IMG/VR virus record: IMGVR_UViG_3300037419_000304
Span: 1-35,494 of that record
Strand: one strand, 5' to 3'
Source: a virus
Lineage: Duplodnaviria; Caudoviricetes
DNA length: 35,494 nt
In this document: positions 8,738 through 16,693 of the stretch, one piece after another
Layout of the letters: each line of letters opens with the position of its first letter
Numbering within the stretch: position 1 is the stretch's first letter
Notes under the pieces: generated by a model
The model's database searches: none
The model's input: only the letters and a program-made list of their open reading frames with translations
What the model was told of the DNA's origin: nothing
Translations under genes and position numbers: made by a program

Positions 8738-8766
8738 CTGCGGAATCTGCGTTCGTCATCTAATAT
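8738..8766 (+). promoter_or_regulatory. Putative sigA-type promoter for a leaderless endonuclease VII mRNA
   Basis: CTGCGG-N17-TAATAT with ATG at the 7th base after the -10 box and no SD. Confidence 0.5.
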
Positions 8767-8772
8767 GGATGC

Positions 8773-9294
8773 ATGTCCAAGAAGGCTGGCGAGCGTAACC
8801 CGGCAGCGGGACTCGGGCCCCGTGCGTGCATTACATGCGGGGCCCAGTTCCAGCCGTACCGAAGCAACCAGAAGACGTGTAGTCGGGATTGCTATAGGCG
8901 GACTCCTGAAGTCCGTGAGGCGGACCGACTTCGCGCCAACCGACCTGAGAACAGGCAGCGCGCGCGTGTGCAGCGCAACCTATCGACTACCGATAGGCCC
9001 GAATGGGTGCGGGCTCTCAATCTCAAGAACGCGCTCCGCAGGTACGGCGTGACGGTGGAGTGGTTCACAACAAAACTCGCTGAACAAGGTGGAGCCTGCG
9101 TTCTGTGCGGTCATGTTCCACCGCCTGGCGCCATCAAGGCGGCGTCCCGCCTGCATGTTGATCACGACCACGCCACGGGCTTGGTGCGGGATCTCTTATG
9201 TACCTGCTGCAACCAGGGAATCGGCTATTTCAGAGACGACCCCGACCTCATGCGTCGGGCAGCGGAGTACATCGAACGGCACCGAGGAACCTAA
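8773..9294 (+). CDS. Endonuclease VII family (HNH-like) free-standing endonuclease
   Basis: RRYGVT, Q.G.C.LC, LHVDHDH.TG.VR.LLC..CN.GIG.F.DDP..M.RAA.YI. Confidence 0.92.
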   Translation: MSKKAGERNPAAGLGPRACITCGAQFQPYRSNQKTCSRDCYRRTPEVREADRLRANRPENRQRARVQRNLSTTDRPEWVRALNLKNALRRYGVTVEWFTTKLAEQGGACVLCGHVPPPGAIKAASRLHVDHDHATGLVRDLLCTCCNQGIGYFRDDPDLMRRAAEYIERHRGT

Positions 9295-9308
9295 GAAGAG
9301 GAGTACCC

Positions 9309-9500
9309 ATGAAGGTACGCATCGTCGTACAGCCCACCGGCCTGATCAACGGCCAGCCGTGGGCTCCTGTCGGCGAGGAGATGGACCTCCCCGACGCCGT
9401 GGCCGAGACCATGAAGGACGCCGGCTACCTCGAGGTCGTGGAGTCACGCCCCGCGGCGAAGAAGGGCGTCGAGAAGCGCGACGCGAAGGCCAAGGAGTAG
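9309..9500 (+). CDS. Small head-associated hypothetical protein (63 aa)
   Basis: GAGGAG RBS; G..W..VGEE.DLPD..A..M...G pattern common after actinophage capsid genes. Confidence 0.75.
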   Translation: MKVRIVVQPTGLINGQPWAPVGEEMDLPDAVAETMKDAGYLEVVESRPAAKKGVEKRDAKAKE

Positions 9501-9503
9501 TCG

Positions 9504-9899
9504 ATGGCCCTCGGGTATGCGTCTGGTCTGCGCAACGCACAACTGGACGCGATCACCACCTTCGCCGGCAACTCGGGCAAACTGCGGATCTACAACGGCA
9601 CCCGCCCCGCAACGGGCGGCACCGCGACGACCCTGCTCGCGGAGTTGACCTGCAACGCAACGTTCGCCCCTGCCGCCTCGGGTGCTGTTCTGACGCTGAA
9701 CGCGATCACCCAGGACGCTTCGGCTGACGCCACCGGCACCGCGACATGGTTCCGGCTGGTGAAGTCCGACGGCACCACACACGTGCTGGACGGCGACGTC
9801 GGCACCTCGGGCTCGGATCTGAACCTGAACAGCACCAGCATCACCTCCGGCGCCACCGTTTCGGTCACGTCGTTCACCATCACCGCCGGCAACGCGTAG
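9504..9899 (+). CDS. Virion structural protein, beta-rich (fibre subunit-like)
   Basis: Thr/Ala/Gly-rich; IY.GT.PA, A.GTATWFR, DG.VG..GSDL.L motifs; head-neck region. Confidence 0.75.
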   Translation: MALGYASGLRNAQLDAITTFAGNSGKLRIYNGTRPATGGTATTLLAELTCNATFAPAASGAVLTLNAITQDASADATGTATWFRLVKSDGTTHVLDGDVGTSGSDLNLNSTSITSGATVSVTSFTITAGNA

Positions 9900-9929
9900 G
9901 CCGGTTGATGTAGGCCGGCGGGAGGACCG

Positions 9930-11147
9930 ATGGCCTTCCGTTCATCGTCCAGCCTGGCCGGTGCATCTGCAGCCAACGCAGCGGTCCCGGTTCCGACCGG
10001 AGCTGCTAGTGGTGACATCGCTGTCGTCGGCATCTACATGGAGTCGGCGGCCACCGTCACCCCTCCGTCCGGTTTCACGCTCAAGTCGAGCCTGCAGACC
10101 TCGGTGGCGACCCGAGGACGGCTGGATGTCTTCTGGAAACGGTTAACCGCCGCCGATTCAGGAACGTACACGTTCACGTTCACCAGCACCTTCCGTGCTG
10201 CAGCATGCGGGCTGTGGTCAGGCCGTATCGCTTCAGGTGATCCGTTCGACGGCACGGTGGGGACTGCGGAGTCGACGACCACTGTCTCCACACTGAACGT
10301 CTCCACCAGCCCCACCGGCTCCAACGGCGACGCGGTCGGGTTCTGGACGAACTTCAACGGTGGTGCAGGGTTCACCCAGCCCACGAACTACACCGAGCGT
10401 GTGGACATCTCGGTGATCACGATGGACACCCGCGATGCGGTGGCCTCCGGTACCACTGGCAACGTCACCGCCACGGCGACCGTCTCCGATTTCGAGAAGG
10501 CGTTCCTCGGGGTCCTCGCCACAGCGAGTAGCGGCACGACCGGAACCGTTGCCGTAACCCAGGCCGCAAACACCTCCTCCGCATCAGGAGTCCTCGGCTA
10601 CACCGGGACCGTAGCTGCCACCCAAGCGAACCAGACCTCGAGTGCGTCGGGTCTCGCCGGCAACATTGGCTCCGCGGCGGTAACGCAGGCGAACCAGACG
10701 TCATCCGCGTCGGGGACTGTCACCTCTTCGGGCTTCTCTGGTTCGGTCGCGGTCACACAGGCTTCTCAGACGTCGGCAGCGTCCGGGGTCCTCAGGTATA
10801 GCGGCACCGCTGCAATCGTCCAGGCGGGCGACACAGCGGCCGCCAGCGGCAAACTCGGCTACACCGGGACCGCCGTTAGGACACAAGCCAACCAGACCGC
10901 TGCAGCAGCGGGTGTCGTCGCCAACCCGGTCACCGGTACGGCTGCCACCACTCAGGCCGCCCAGGTCAGCACTGCGGTCGGCTCGACGCAGCCGCTGGTC
11001 ACGTTCGGCACCGCCTCCGCAGGGGCCGGAACAAGGCCCACCGCTCAGGGTGCGACAGCACCAGTCCCCACTGCCGTCGCTGCTGCTTCAGGTGTGGCGT
11101 CCGCATCAGCCAGGACCGTGACCGTTCCCACCGCGACAGGAGGATAG
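9930..11147 (+). CDS. Virion fibre-like protein with about seven 21-24 aa repeats
   Basis: Globular N-terminal half, then repeats of the form TGT.A.TQA.QTS.ASG. Confidence 0.75.
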   Translation: MAFRSSSSLAGASAANAAVPVPTGAASGDIAVVGIYMESAATVTPPSGFTLKSSLQTSVATRGRLDVFWKRLTAADSGTYTFTFTSTFRAAACGLWSGRIASGDPFDGTVGTAESTTTVSTLNVSTSPTGSNGDAVGFWTNFNGGAGFTQPTNYTERVDISVITMDTRDAVASGTTGNVTATATVSDFEKAFLGVLATASSGTTGTVAVTQAANTSSASGVLGYTGTVAATQANQTSSASGLAGNIGSAAVTQANQTSSASGTVTSSGFSGSVAVTQASQTSAASGVLRYSGTAAIVQAGDTAAASGKLGYTGTAVRTQANQTAAAAGVVANPVTGTAATTQAAQVSTAVGSTQPLVTFGTASAGAGTRPTAQGATAPVPTAVAAASGVASASARTVTVPTATGG

Positions 11148-11957
11148 ATGCCGTACGACATCGGCGATTCCATCTCGATCGCATGGGACGTTAAGGACTC
11201 CACCGGGACGCTGACGAACGCCACCACGGTGACGCTGACGGTGACGAAACCGGACGGCACCACCGAAACCCCCAGTGTCACCAACCCGCCAGCTTCGACG
11301 GGTCAGTACCGCGTCACCTACGTCCCTACTCTCGCAGGCAGGTATGCGTGGCGGGCCGTCACGACGACCCCGAACACCGCCTACCAGGATGTGTTCGAGG
11401 TCCGCGAAACTGTCTCGCCGTCGCTACTGTCGCTGGCTGACGCGAAGGCGCACCTGAACATCACATCCACCACCTACGACGACGAGCTCCGCGAGTACCT
11501 CGAGGCCGCAACGGAGATCGTGGAGTCCTACGTGGGCCCGATCGTGACCCGCACCCACACCGCACGCGTGGACGGATACCGCAGCAGGATCCCGCTGCCG
11601 CACACCCAGGTGACCGGGGTTACCGCGGTCACGCTGGTCTCCGACGGCTCCAGCCCCATCACGCTGTCTGATCTGGCCGTCGACACCGCCACCGGGGTGA
11701 TCTCCTACAAGGCCGGCGGGATTTTCCCGTATGGGCAGATGGATGTCACCTACACGGTCGGGCGCTCGTTCGTGAAGGCCAACTGGACCCTCGCGGCGAA
11801 GCTAGTCGTGCAGCACCACTGGCGCTCACAGTTGGGGAATCTGCCCAACATCCAAGGCGACGACCCCGGCTATGAGATGACCGGCGCCGGGCTTGATGTG
11901 ACATATCGCGTCCGGGCGCTGCTGCAGCCCGATCAGGTGCCGGCAGGGTTCGCGTGA
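11148..11957 (+). CDS. Head-tail adaptor with extra N-terminal beta-sandwich domain
   Basis: LSLADAKAHLNI....DDEL..Y..AA...VE is gp6-like; first ~85 aa (V.KPDGT, TG.Y...Y.P..AG.Y..R) is Ig/BppU-like. Confidence 0.85.
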   Translation: MPYDIGDSISIAWDVKDSTGTLTNATTVTLTVTKPDGTTETPSVTNPPASTGQYRVTYVPTLAGRYAWRAVTTTPNTAYQDVFEVRETVSPSLLSLADAKAHLNITSTTYDDELREYLEAATEIVESYVGPIVTRTHTARVDGYRSRIPLPHTQVTGVTAVTLVSDGSSPITLSDLAVDTATGVISYKAGGIFPYGQMDVTYTVGRSFVKANWTLAAKLVVQHHWRSQLGNLPNIQGDDPGYEMTGAGLDVTYRVRALLQPDQVPAGFA

Positions 11958-12403
11958 GCAGCAAAGTCGACGCGGTCTGCCTTGCGCTCGCCGCACTCTG
12001 GCAGGCCAATGTCACGACCGCTCAGGTTGTCGACGGCCCGCAGGCGAACAGTGACGCGGCGAACGACTGGCTGTTCGTCGGTGCGAACGGTGACGCGCCC
12101 GAGGACGGTGCGGAGATCGGCCTGTCGCAGCAGGACTGGATGGCGTTCGCGAAGGTCCAGCAGGAATCCCTGGACATCACCTGTGCGGTCGTCTCGAGGC
12201 GCGGAGATACAGACATTCCCTCCGCGCGCGCCACCGCCTACGCGATCCTCGCGGCCGCTGATACGGCACTGCGCACCGACCCGACGCTCGGCGGCGTGGT
12301 GATGCGCTCACACATCTCGTCGCACCAGTACATCCCGGTCATCACCTCAGGCGGCTGCAAGGTCCGCATCACGTTCACCGTCAACTACCTGGCCCAACTC
12401 TGA
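11954..12403 (+). CDS. Tail terminator-like protein
   Basis: V.DGP, LR.DPTLGG.V motifs; synteny. Confidence 0.75.
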   Translation: MSSKVDAVCLALAALWQANVTTAQVVDGPQANSDAANDWLFVGANGDAPEDGAEIGLSQQDWMAFAKVQQESLDITCAVVSRRGDTDIPSARATAYAILAAADTALRTDPTLGGVVMRSHISSHQYIPVITSGGCKVRITFTVNYLAQL

Positions 12404-12415
12404 GCAGGAGAACAC

Positions 12416-12766
12416 ATGGCAACCCTCACCACTCAGTCCATCACCAGGGCTGGGGTCACTCCGTCGTTCACTGCGGTGGCCGGCGGCGGCGATGCCTGCG
12501 AGTGCGGCGACGACGTGTACCTGGAGTTCAAGAACACCAACGCCGCCACCTACACCGTGACGCTGGCGATTCCCTCCGCCGCCTCGACGTACCCGAACGT
12601 CACGTACACCAACGTGGCAGTGACGATCCCCGCGACCACTGGTGACAAGCTGATCGGCCCGGTCTCGTCGCTGTTCAAGGACCCCACCACGGGTCTTTGC
12701 ACGATCACCTACACGGGCACAACCACGAACGGCACCGTCGCGTGCTTCAAGCTGCAGGCGCCGTGA
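12416..12766 (+). CDS. Virion structural protein
   Basis: AGGAG RBS; beta-rich 116 aa; neck/tail position. Confidence 0.7.
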   Translation: MATLTTQSITRAGVTPSFTAVAGGGDACECGDDVYLEFKNTNAATYTVTLAIPSAASTYPNVTYTNVAVTIPATTGDKLIGPVSSLFKDPTTGLCTITYTGTTTNGTVACFKLQAP

Positions 12767-13053
12767 TGAACACCTACAAGGCGACTTCGCCGGCTGCTGA
12801 GGCGGCATTCGACACGGGCGTGTTCGAGCGCGACTTCTCCCCGACAGAGGAGAGGGACTGGCTCGACTCCGGCCTCCTCGAGCTCGTCCCGCGCACCTAC
12901 AAGGTGCTGTCCAACAACTTCAGCGCCGCGGAGCAGGGCGAGACCTTCGAGGCGGCGTATCCCGTCGAGATCGAACAGGCGCTCATCCAGGGCGGACACA
13001 TCAAGCGGGTTGAAAAGCCAGCAGCCAAGGCTGCGGAGAAGAAGGAGAAGTAA
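12766..13053 (+). CDS. Hypothetical protein (95 aa)
   Basis: TGATG overlap; two similar halves (YK....F...E...L..G) and Lys-rich tail. Confidence 0.7.
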   Translation: MNTYKATSPAAEAAFDTGVFERDFSPTEERDWLDSGLLELVPRTYKVLSNNFSAAEQGETFEAAYPVEIEQALIQGGHIKRVEKPAAKAAEKKEK

Positions 13054-13055
13054 CC

Positions 13056-13475
13056 GTGGCCAAGTTCACGCTCACCGACGCCTACATCAACATCAACGGC
13101 GTCACGCTTTCCGACCACGCGCGAAGCATCACCATCGAGGACACCCGCGCTCAGGTGGACTTCACCGCATTCGGTGCCACCAGCCTGGTCTACGGCAAGG
13201 GCCTCGGCGATGCGAAGTTCACCGTCGAGTTCTACCAGGACTTCGCTGCTGCGTCGGTACACGCGACTCTGCAGCCGCTGATCTCGTCCACCACGCCGTT
13301 CACTATCGAGGCGCGGTACACCAGCGGCGCACGTTCGACGACGAACCCTGGTTTCTCGATGACCGCGTTGCTGTTCACGTACAACCCACTCTCCGGCAGT
13401 ATCGGCGATGCGAGCACCTTCAGTGCCGAGTTCCAGAACGCCGGGCAGACCGGGATTTCCTACCTCACCAGCTGA
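13056..13475 (+). CDS. Major tail (tube) protein
   Basis: I.INGV.LSD, D.TAFG, GL.D, F.QDFAA.SV, TNP motifs of short siphovirus tube proteins. Confidence 0.85.
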   Translation: MAKFTLTDAYININGVTLSDHARSITIEDTRAQVDFTAFGATSLVYGKGLGDAKFTVEFYQDFAAASVHATLQPLISSTTPFTIEARYTSGARSTTNPGFSMTALLFTYNPLSGSIGDASTFSAEFQNAGQTGISYLTS

Positions 13476-13924
13476 TGGCCGACCTGCAGATCAAGGGCGC
13501 GGAGAAGTTCGGCGAGGTCGCCAAGGCGCTCAAACAGGCCGGCGACAAGGAACTCCGCAAGGAGCTCTACTCGTCGCTCAACCGCGCCGCGAAGCCGATG
13601 GTTGCCGATGCGAAGAAGTCGGCCGCCGCGAAACTCCCCAAATCCGGGGGGTTGAACAAGCGCGTCGCGAAGGCGCGCATGTCGGTTCGGCGCCGTGCGG
13701 GTAGCCGTCCAAGCGTGAAGATCGTTGCCTCCGGCATGAGTCAGCTCGGCCTCATCAACCGGGGGCGCGTGCGGCACCTCGTGTACGGGCGCGCTCCGAT
13801 GGTTGACCAGTCGATCCCTGAGGCGAAGGACTGGTTCACCGAGCCGATGCAGGCCCGCGCCGGGGAGGTCCGCAGGGAGATCGTGAAGGCTATCGACGCT
13901 GTCGCGCGGAAACTCTCGCGCTGA
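13475..13924 (+). CDS. Tail completion/neck protein (HK97 gp10-like)
   Basis: Basic 149 aa; LK.AGDK.LRKEL, G.VRH.VYG, WF; TGATG overlap. Confidence 0.7.
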   Translation: MADLQIKGAEKFGEVAKALKQAGDKELRKELYSSLNRAAKPMVADAKKSAAAKLPKSGGLNKRVAKARMSVRRRAGSRPSVKIVASGMSQLGLINRGRVRHLVYGRAPMVDQSIPEAKDWFTEPMQARAGEVRREIVKAIDAVARKLSR

Positions 13925-13932
13925 ACTCATTC

Positions 13933-13996
13933 CAGCGGCACCGTTTCCCTGACCGGACGGTGCCGCTGCCACATTCAGGTCAGGAACGGTCAGGAA
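13933..13996 (+). promoter_or_regulatory. Hairpin with loop complementary to two downstream repeats (pseudoknot candidate)
   Basis: 12-bp perfect stem 13933-13944/13957-13968; loop CCTGACC complements GGTCAGG at 13978 and 13988. Confidence 0.65.
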
Positions 13997-14005
13997 GAGG
14001 AAGAG

Positions 14006-14401
14006 ATGGCTGTCTCACCGGATCTGGTGATCCGCATCAGCGACACCGAGGAGTACCGGTTCGACCCGAAGAAGTTCCTGAACACCGAGGCAATCGCAGT
14101 CGAGAAGGTCGCGAACCTCACATGGCCTCAGGTGTTGGTCGGGTTGAACACCGGCCAGATGTCCGCGGTCACCGCGATCGTGTGGCTGCTGCGCCGGCGC
14201 AAGGACCCGACCCTTGCGTTCGCCGACGTGCAGTTCGACACGGGCATCGAGGTGATCGACCCCGACACCGATGAGCGGTACGACGGCGGTCAACCGGAAC
14301 CGGTCGAGGACATCGAGGCCCCAAAAGCACCGGAGGACCCCTCGACTCCCTCGACGCCTTCGCAGCCCGAGTCAAAGGAACCAAACGCCCCCGACCTGTG
14401 A
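14006..14401 (+). CDS. Tail assembly chaperone (G-like)
   Basis: Between tail genes and tape measure; in-frame slippery heptamer C CCA AAA at 14320-14326. Confidence 0.85.
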   Translation: MAVSPDLVIRISDTEEYRFDPKKFLNTEAIAVEKVANLTWPQVLVGLNTGQMSAVTAIVWLLRRRKDPTLAFADVQFDTGIEVIDPDTDERYDGGQPEPVEDIEAPKAPEDPSTPSTPSQPESKEPNAPDL

Positions 14402-14553
14402 GCCGGGACGAGCATCGCTCCGCATGGTGGCCAGTGCTCGTTGAAGTGCTCGGGATGCGCCTGTCCGAGATCGACGAATTGACGGTGGGCGACTTCGACA
14501 CCGCCGTCGAGTACGTAGCGAGGAGGGTGGGGGATGGCAAGCAGCCAGCTTGA
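14320..14553 (+). CDS. Tail assembly chaperone -1 frameshift extension (GT-like; full product 14006..14553)
   Basis: -1 frame open from heptamer to TGA 14551-14553, encoding ...WWPVLVEVLGMRLSEIDELTVGDFDTAVEY... Confidence 0.75.
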   Translation, partial: PKSTGGPLDSLDAFAARVKGTKRPRPVSRDEHRSAWWPVLVEVLGMRLSEIDELTVGDFDTAVEYVARRVGDGKQPA

Positions 14554-16693
14554 GTTCGACGTCATCGCCAATGACAAGGCGAGTCAGAAACTCAACAAGG
14601 TCGCCGACACCTTCCTCTCGATGGGCCGCGCCGCCAGCAAGGCGGGTGAGCTGTCCGGTAAGTCGATGGGGAAACTCACCCAGGGTGCCGGGTTCGCGAT
14701 CAAGGGCCTGACGAAGCTTCCCGCCCTCGCTGCAGGGACTGCGGTGGGTGCGTTGTTCATCAGCGGGCTGACGTCCGCGATGGAGAACCAGGACGCCACT
14801 CACGTCTTGGCGGCTCAACTCGGCGCCTCGAACGCCGACATGGGCAAGCTGGGCAAGCTCTCCGGCGACATCTACAAGGACGCCTTCGGTGAGTCTGTCG
14901 CGGATGTCAGCCAGACCTTGAAGACGGTCTTCCAGTCGGGCCTCGCCTCGGTCAAGGACGGCGAGGAGAAGATCAAGGGCGTCACCGAACAGGTGATGAA
15001 CTACAGCAAGATCACCGGGGAAGAAGCCCTGCCGGTGACGCGCGCGATCTCCCAACTGCTGAAGACCGGTCTCGCGAAGAACGCCACTGAGGCGTTCGAC
15101 CTGCTGACCCGCGGCACCCAGAAGGGCCTGGACAAGTCCGAAGACCTCTTGGACACGGTCAATGAGTATTCGACGCAGTTCCGCAAGCTAGGGCTGAATG
15201 GCACGCAGGCGTTCGCCCTTATCTCGCAGGCGATCCAGGGTGGTGCCCGCGACTCCGACGTCGCGGCGGACGCGATCAAGGAATTCTCCATCCGCGCTGT
15301 CGACGGCAGCACCACCACCGCCGCAGGGTTCAAGGGGCTGGGGCTGTCGGCCAAGAAGATGGCCGAGACCATCGCCCAAGGCGGCCCGAAGGCCGCGGCG
15401 GCACTGGATCTGACCCTCGACCGCCTACGGGGCATCAAGGATCCCGCCAAGCAGGCCCAGCTGGCTGTGATGCTGTTCGGCACCCAGGCCGAAGACCTCG
15501 GCGCCGCGTTGTACTCGATGGACCTGAGTACCGCGACGAAGCAGTTCGGCCAGGTCGCGGGCGCTGCCGAGCGCGCCGGGGACCTCATCAACGACACCGC
15601 CAGCAACAAGCTGACCTCGATCAGCCGCACGATCAAGATGCAGGTCGTTGATGCCATCGGCAAGTATGCGCTGCCGAAGCTCGAGGAGTTCGCCGACTGG
15701 TTCGCGGGCCGCGGCAAGATGGACATGGTGAGTTGGGCGGTTGAGGCCGGCTCGGCGGTCGTCGGCTTCGCGGACAAGTCCCTGGGCGCCTTGCAGGCCA
15801 TGATCCCCACGCTGGCCAAGGTGGGCGCCGCGGGACTGCTCGCGGCGGCGGGTTTGGTCGCTGTGTCCAGCCCCAGCCAGGCCCTGAACTTCCTGAAGCA
15901 GGCCAAGGCGATGGAGGACTGGGGCAACTCGGCCGGTGAGGGTATCGGCAAGGCCCGCACCGAGTTGCAGGGCTGGAAGTCGCAACTGGACAAGACCAAC
16001 ACCAAGGTGAAGCTCCAGGCCGACATCGAGGACCTGGACCAGAAGATCGCCAAGGCGCAGAAGGAACTGCGTGACCCCGGCCTGACCAAGGAACGCAAGG
16101 CGAAGCTGACCGCCGACATCGCCCAGCTCACCAAGGCCAAGGATGCGGCGCTCATCAAGCTGGGTGACAAGAACCTGATCAAGACCCGAACCGCGAAACT
16201 CGACGCCGACAAGCGCGATCTGGACTCCAAGATCGCCGCGGCCAGGGGTGCGTTGGCGGATCCGAAGCTGACCGCGACGAAGAAGGCCAAACTCGAGGCC
16301 GACATCGCGCAACTGCTTCGACAGAAGGCGATCGCGCAGGCTGCGATCAACTCACTGAAGGGCAAGACGGTCGTCATCACCTACACGGCCAAGGGCGTGA
16401 ACCTGACCACGCCGTCGAGTGTCGGCCGACGTGCCGCGGGTGGTCCCGTGAAGGCAGGCCAGCCGTACATCGTAGGCGAGCACCGGCCTGAGCTGTTCGT
16501 GCCGAAGGAGGACGGCGAGATCATCCCGCGCGTCCCCAGGGCGTCGAAGGGCTCGGCGTTCGGTGGCTCGTCTCCTGTCCGCATCGAGATCGCCGCGGGC
16601 AACTCATCGTCCTACACGGACTTCCTCATCAACGAGCTCCGTAAGTACATCCGCGTCAACGGCGGCGACGTCCAGGTGGTGCTGGGGCGGTGA
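14534..16693 (+). CDS. Tape measure protein (719 aa)
   Basis: Long Ala/Lys-rich helical ORF; DLLDT.NEYSTQFRKLG, GARDSD.AADAIKEF, RA.GGPV.AG.PY.VGE..PELFVP. Confidence 0.95.
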   Translation: MASSQLEFDVIANDKASQKLNKVADTFLSMGRAASKAGELSGKSMGKLTQGAGFAIKGLTKLPALAAGTAVGALFISGLTSAMENQDATHVLAAQLGASNADMGKLGKLSGDIYKDAFGESVADVSQTLKTVFQSGLASVKDGEEKIKGVTEQVMNYSKITGEEALPVTRAISQLLKTGLAKNATEAFDLLTRGTQKGLDKSEDLLDTVNEYSTQFRKLGLNGTQAFALISQAIQGGARDSDVAADAIKEFSIRAVDGSTTTAAGFKGLGLSAKKMAETIAQGGPKAAAALDLTLDRLRGIKDPAKQAQLAVMLFGTQAEDLGAALYSMDLSTATKQFGQVAGAAERAGDLINDTASNKLTSISRTIKMQVVDAIGKYALPKLEEFADWFAGRGKMDMVSWAVEAGSAVVGFADKSLGALQAMIPTLAKVGAAGLLAAAGLVAVSSPSQALNFLKQAKAMEDWGNSAGEGIGKARTELQGWKSQLDKTNTKVKLQADIEDLDQKIAKAQKELRDPGLTKERKAKLTADIAQLTKAKDAALIKLGDKNLIKTRTAKLDADKRDLDSKIAAARGALADPKLTATKKAKLEADIAQLLRQKAIAQAAINSLKGKTVVITYTAKGVNLTTPSSVGRRAAGGPVKAGQPYIVGEHRPELFVPKEDGEIIPRVPRASKGSAFGGSSPVRIEIAAGNSSSYTDFLINELRKYIRVNGGDVQVVLGR

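Noticed and set aside
8735-9300. Group I intron or intein carrying the endonuclease
   Set aside because: The capsid gene ends normally before it, and the 38-bp and 14-bp flanks are too short for an intron core
15001-16380. Long antisense ORFs (e.g. 15001-16380, 6682-7962, 24936-26183, 20137-21210)
   Set aside because: Shadow frames of real high-GC genes; no RBS, motifs or operon logic, unlike the nested MTase ORF
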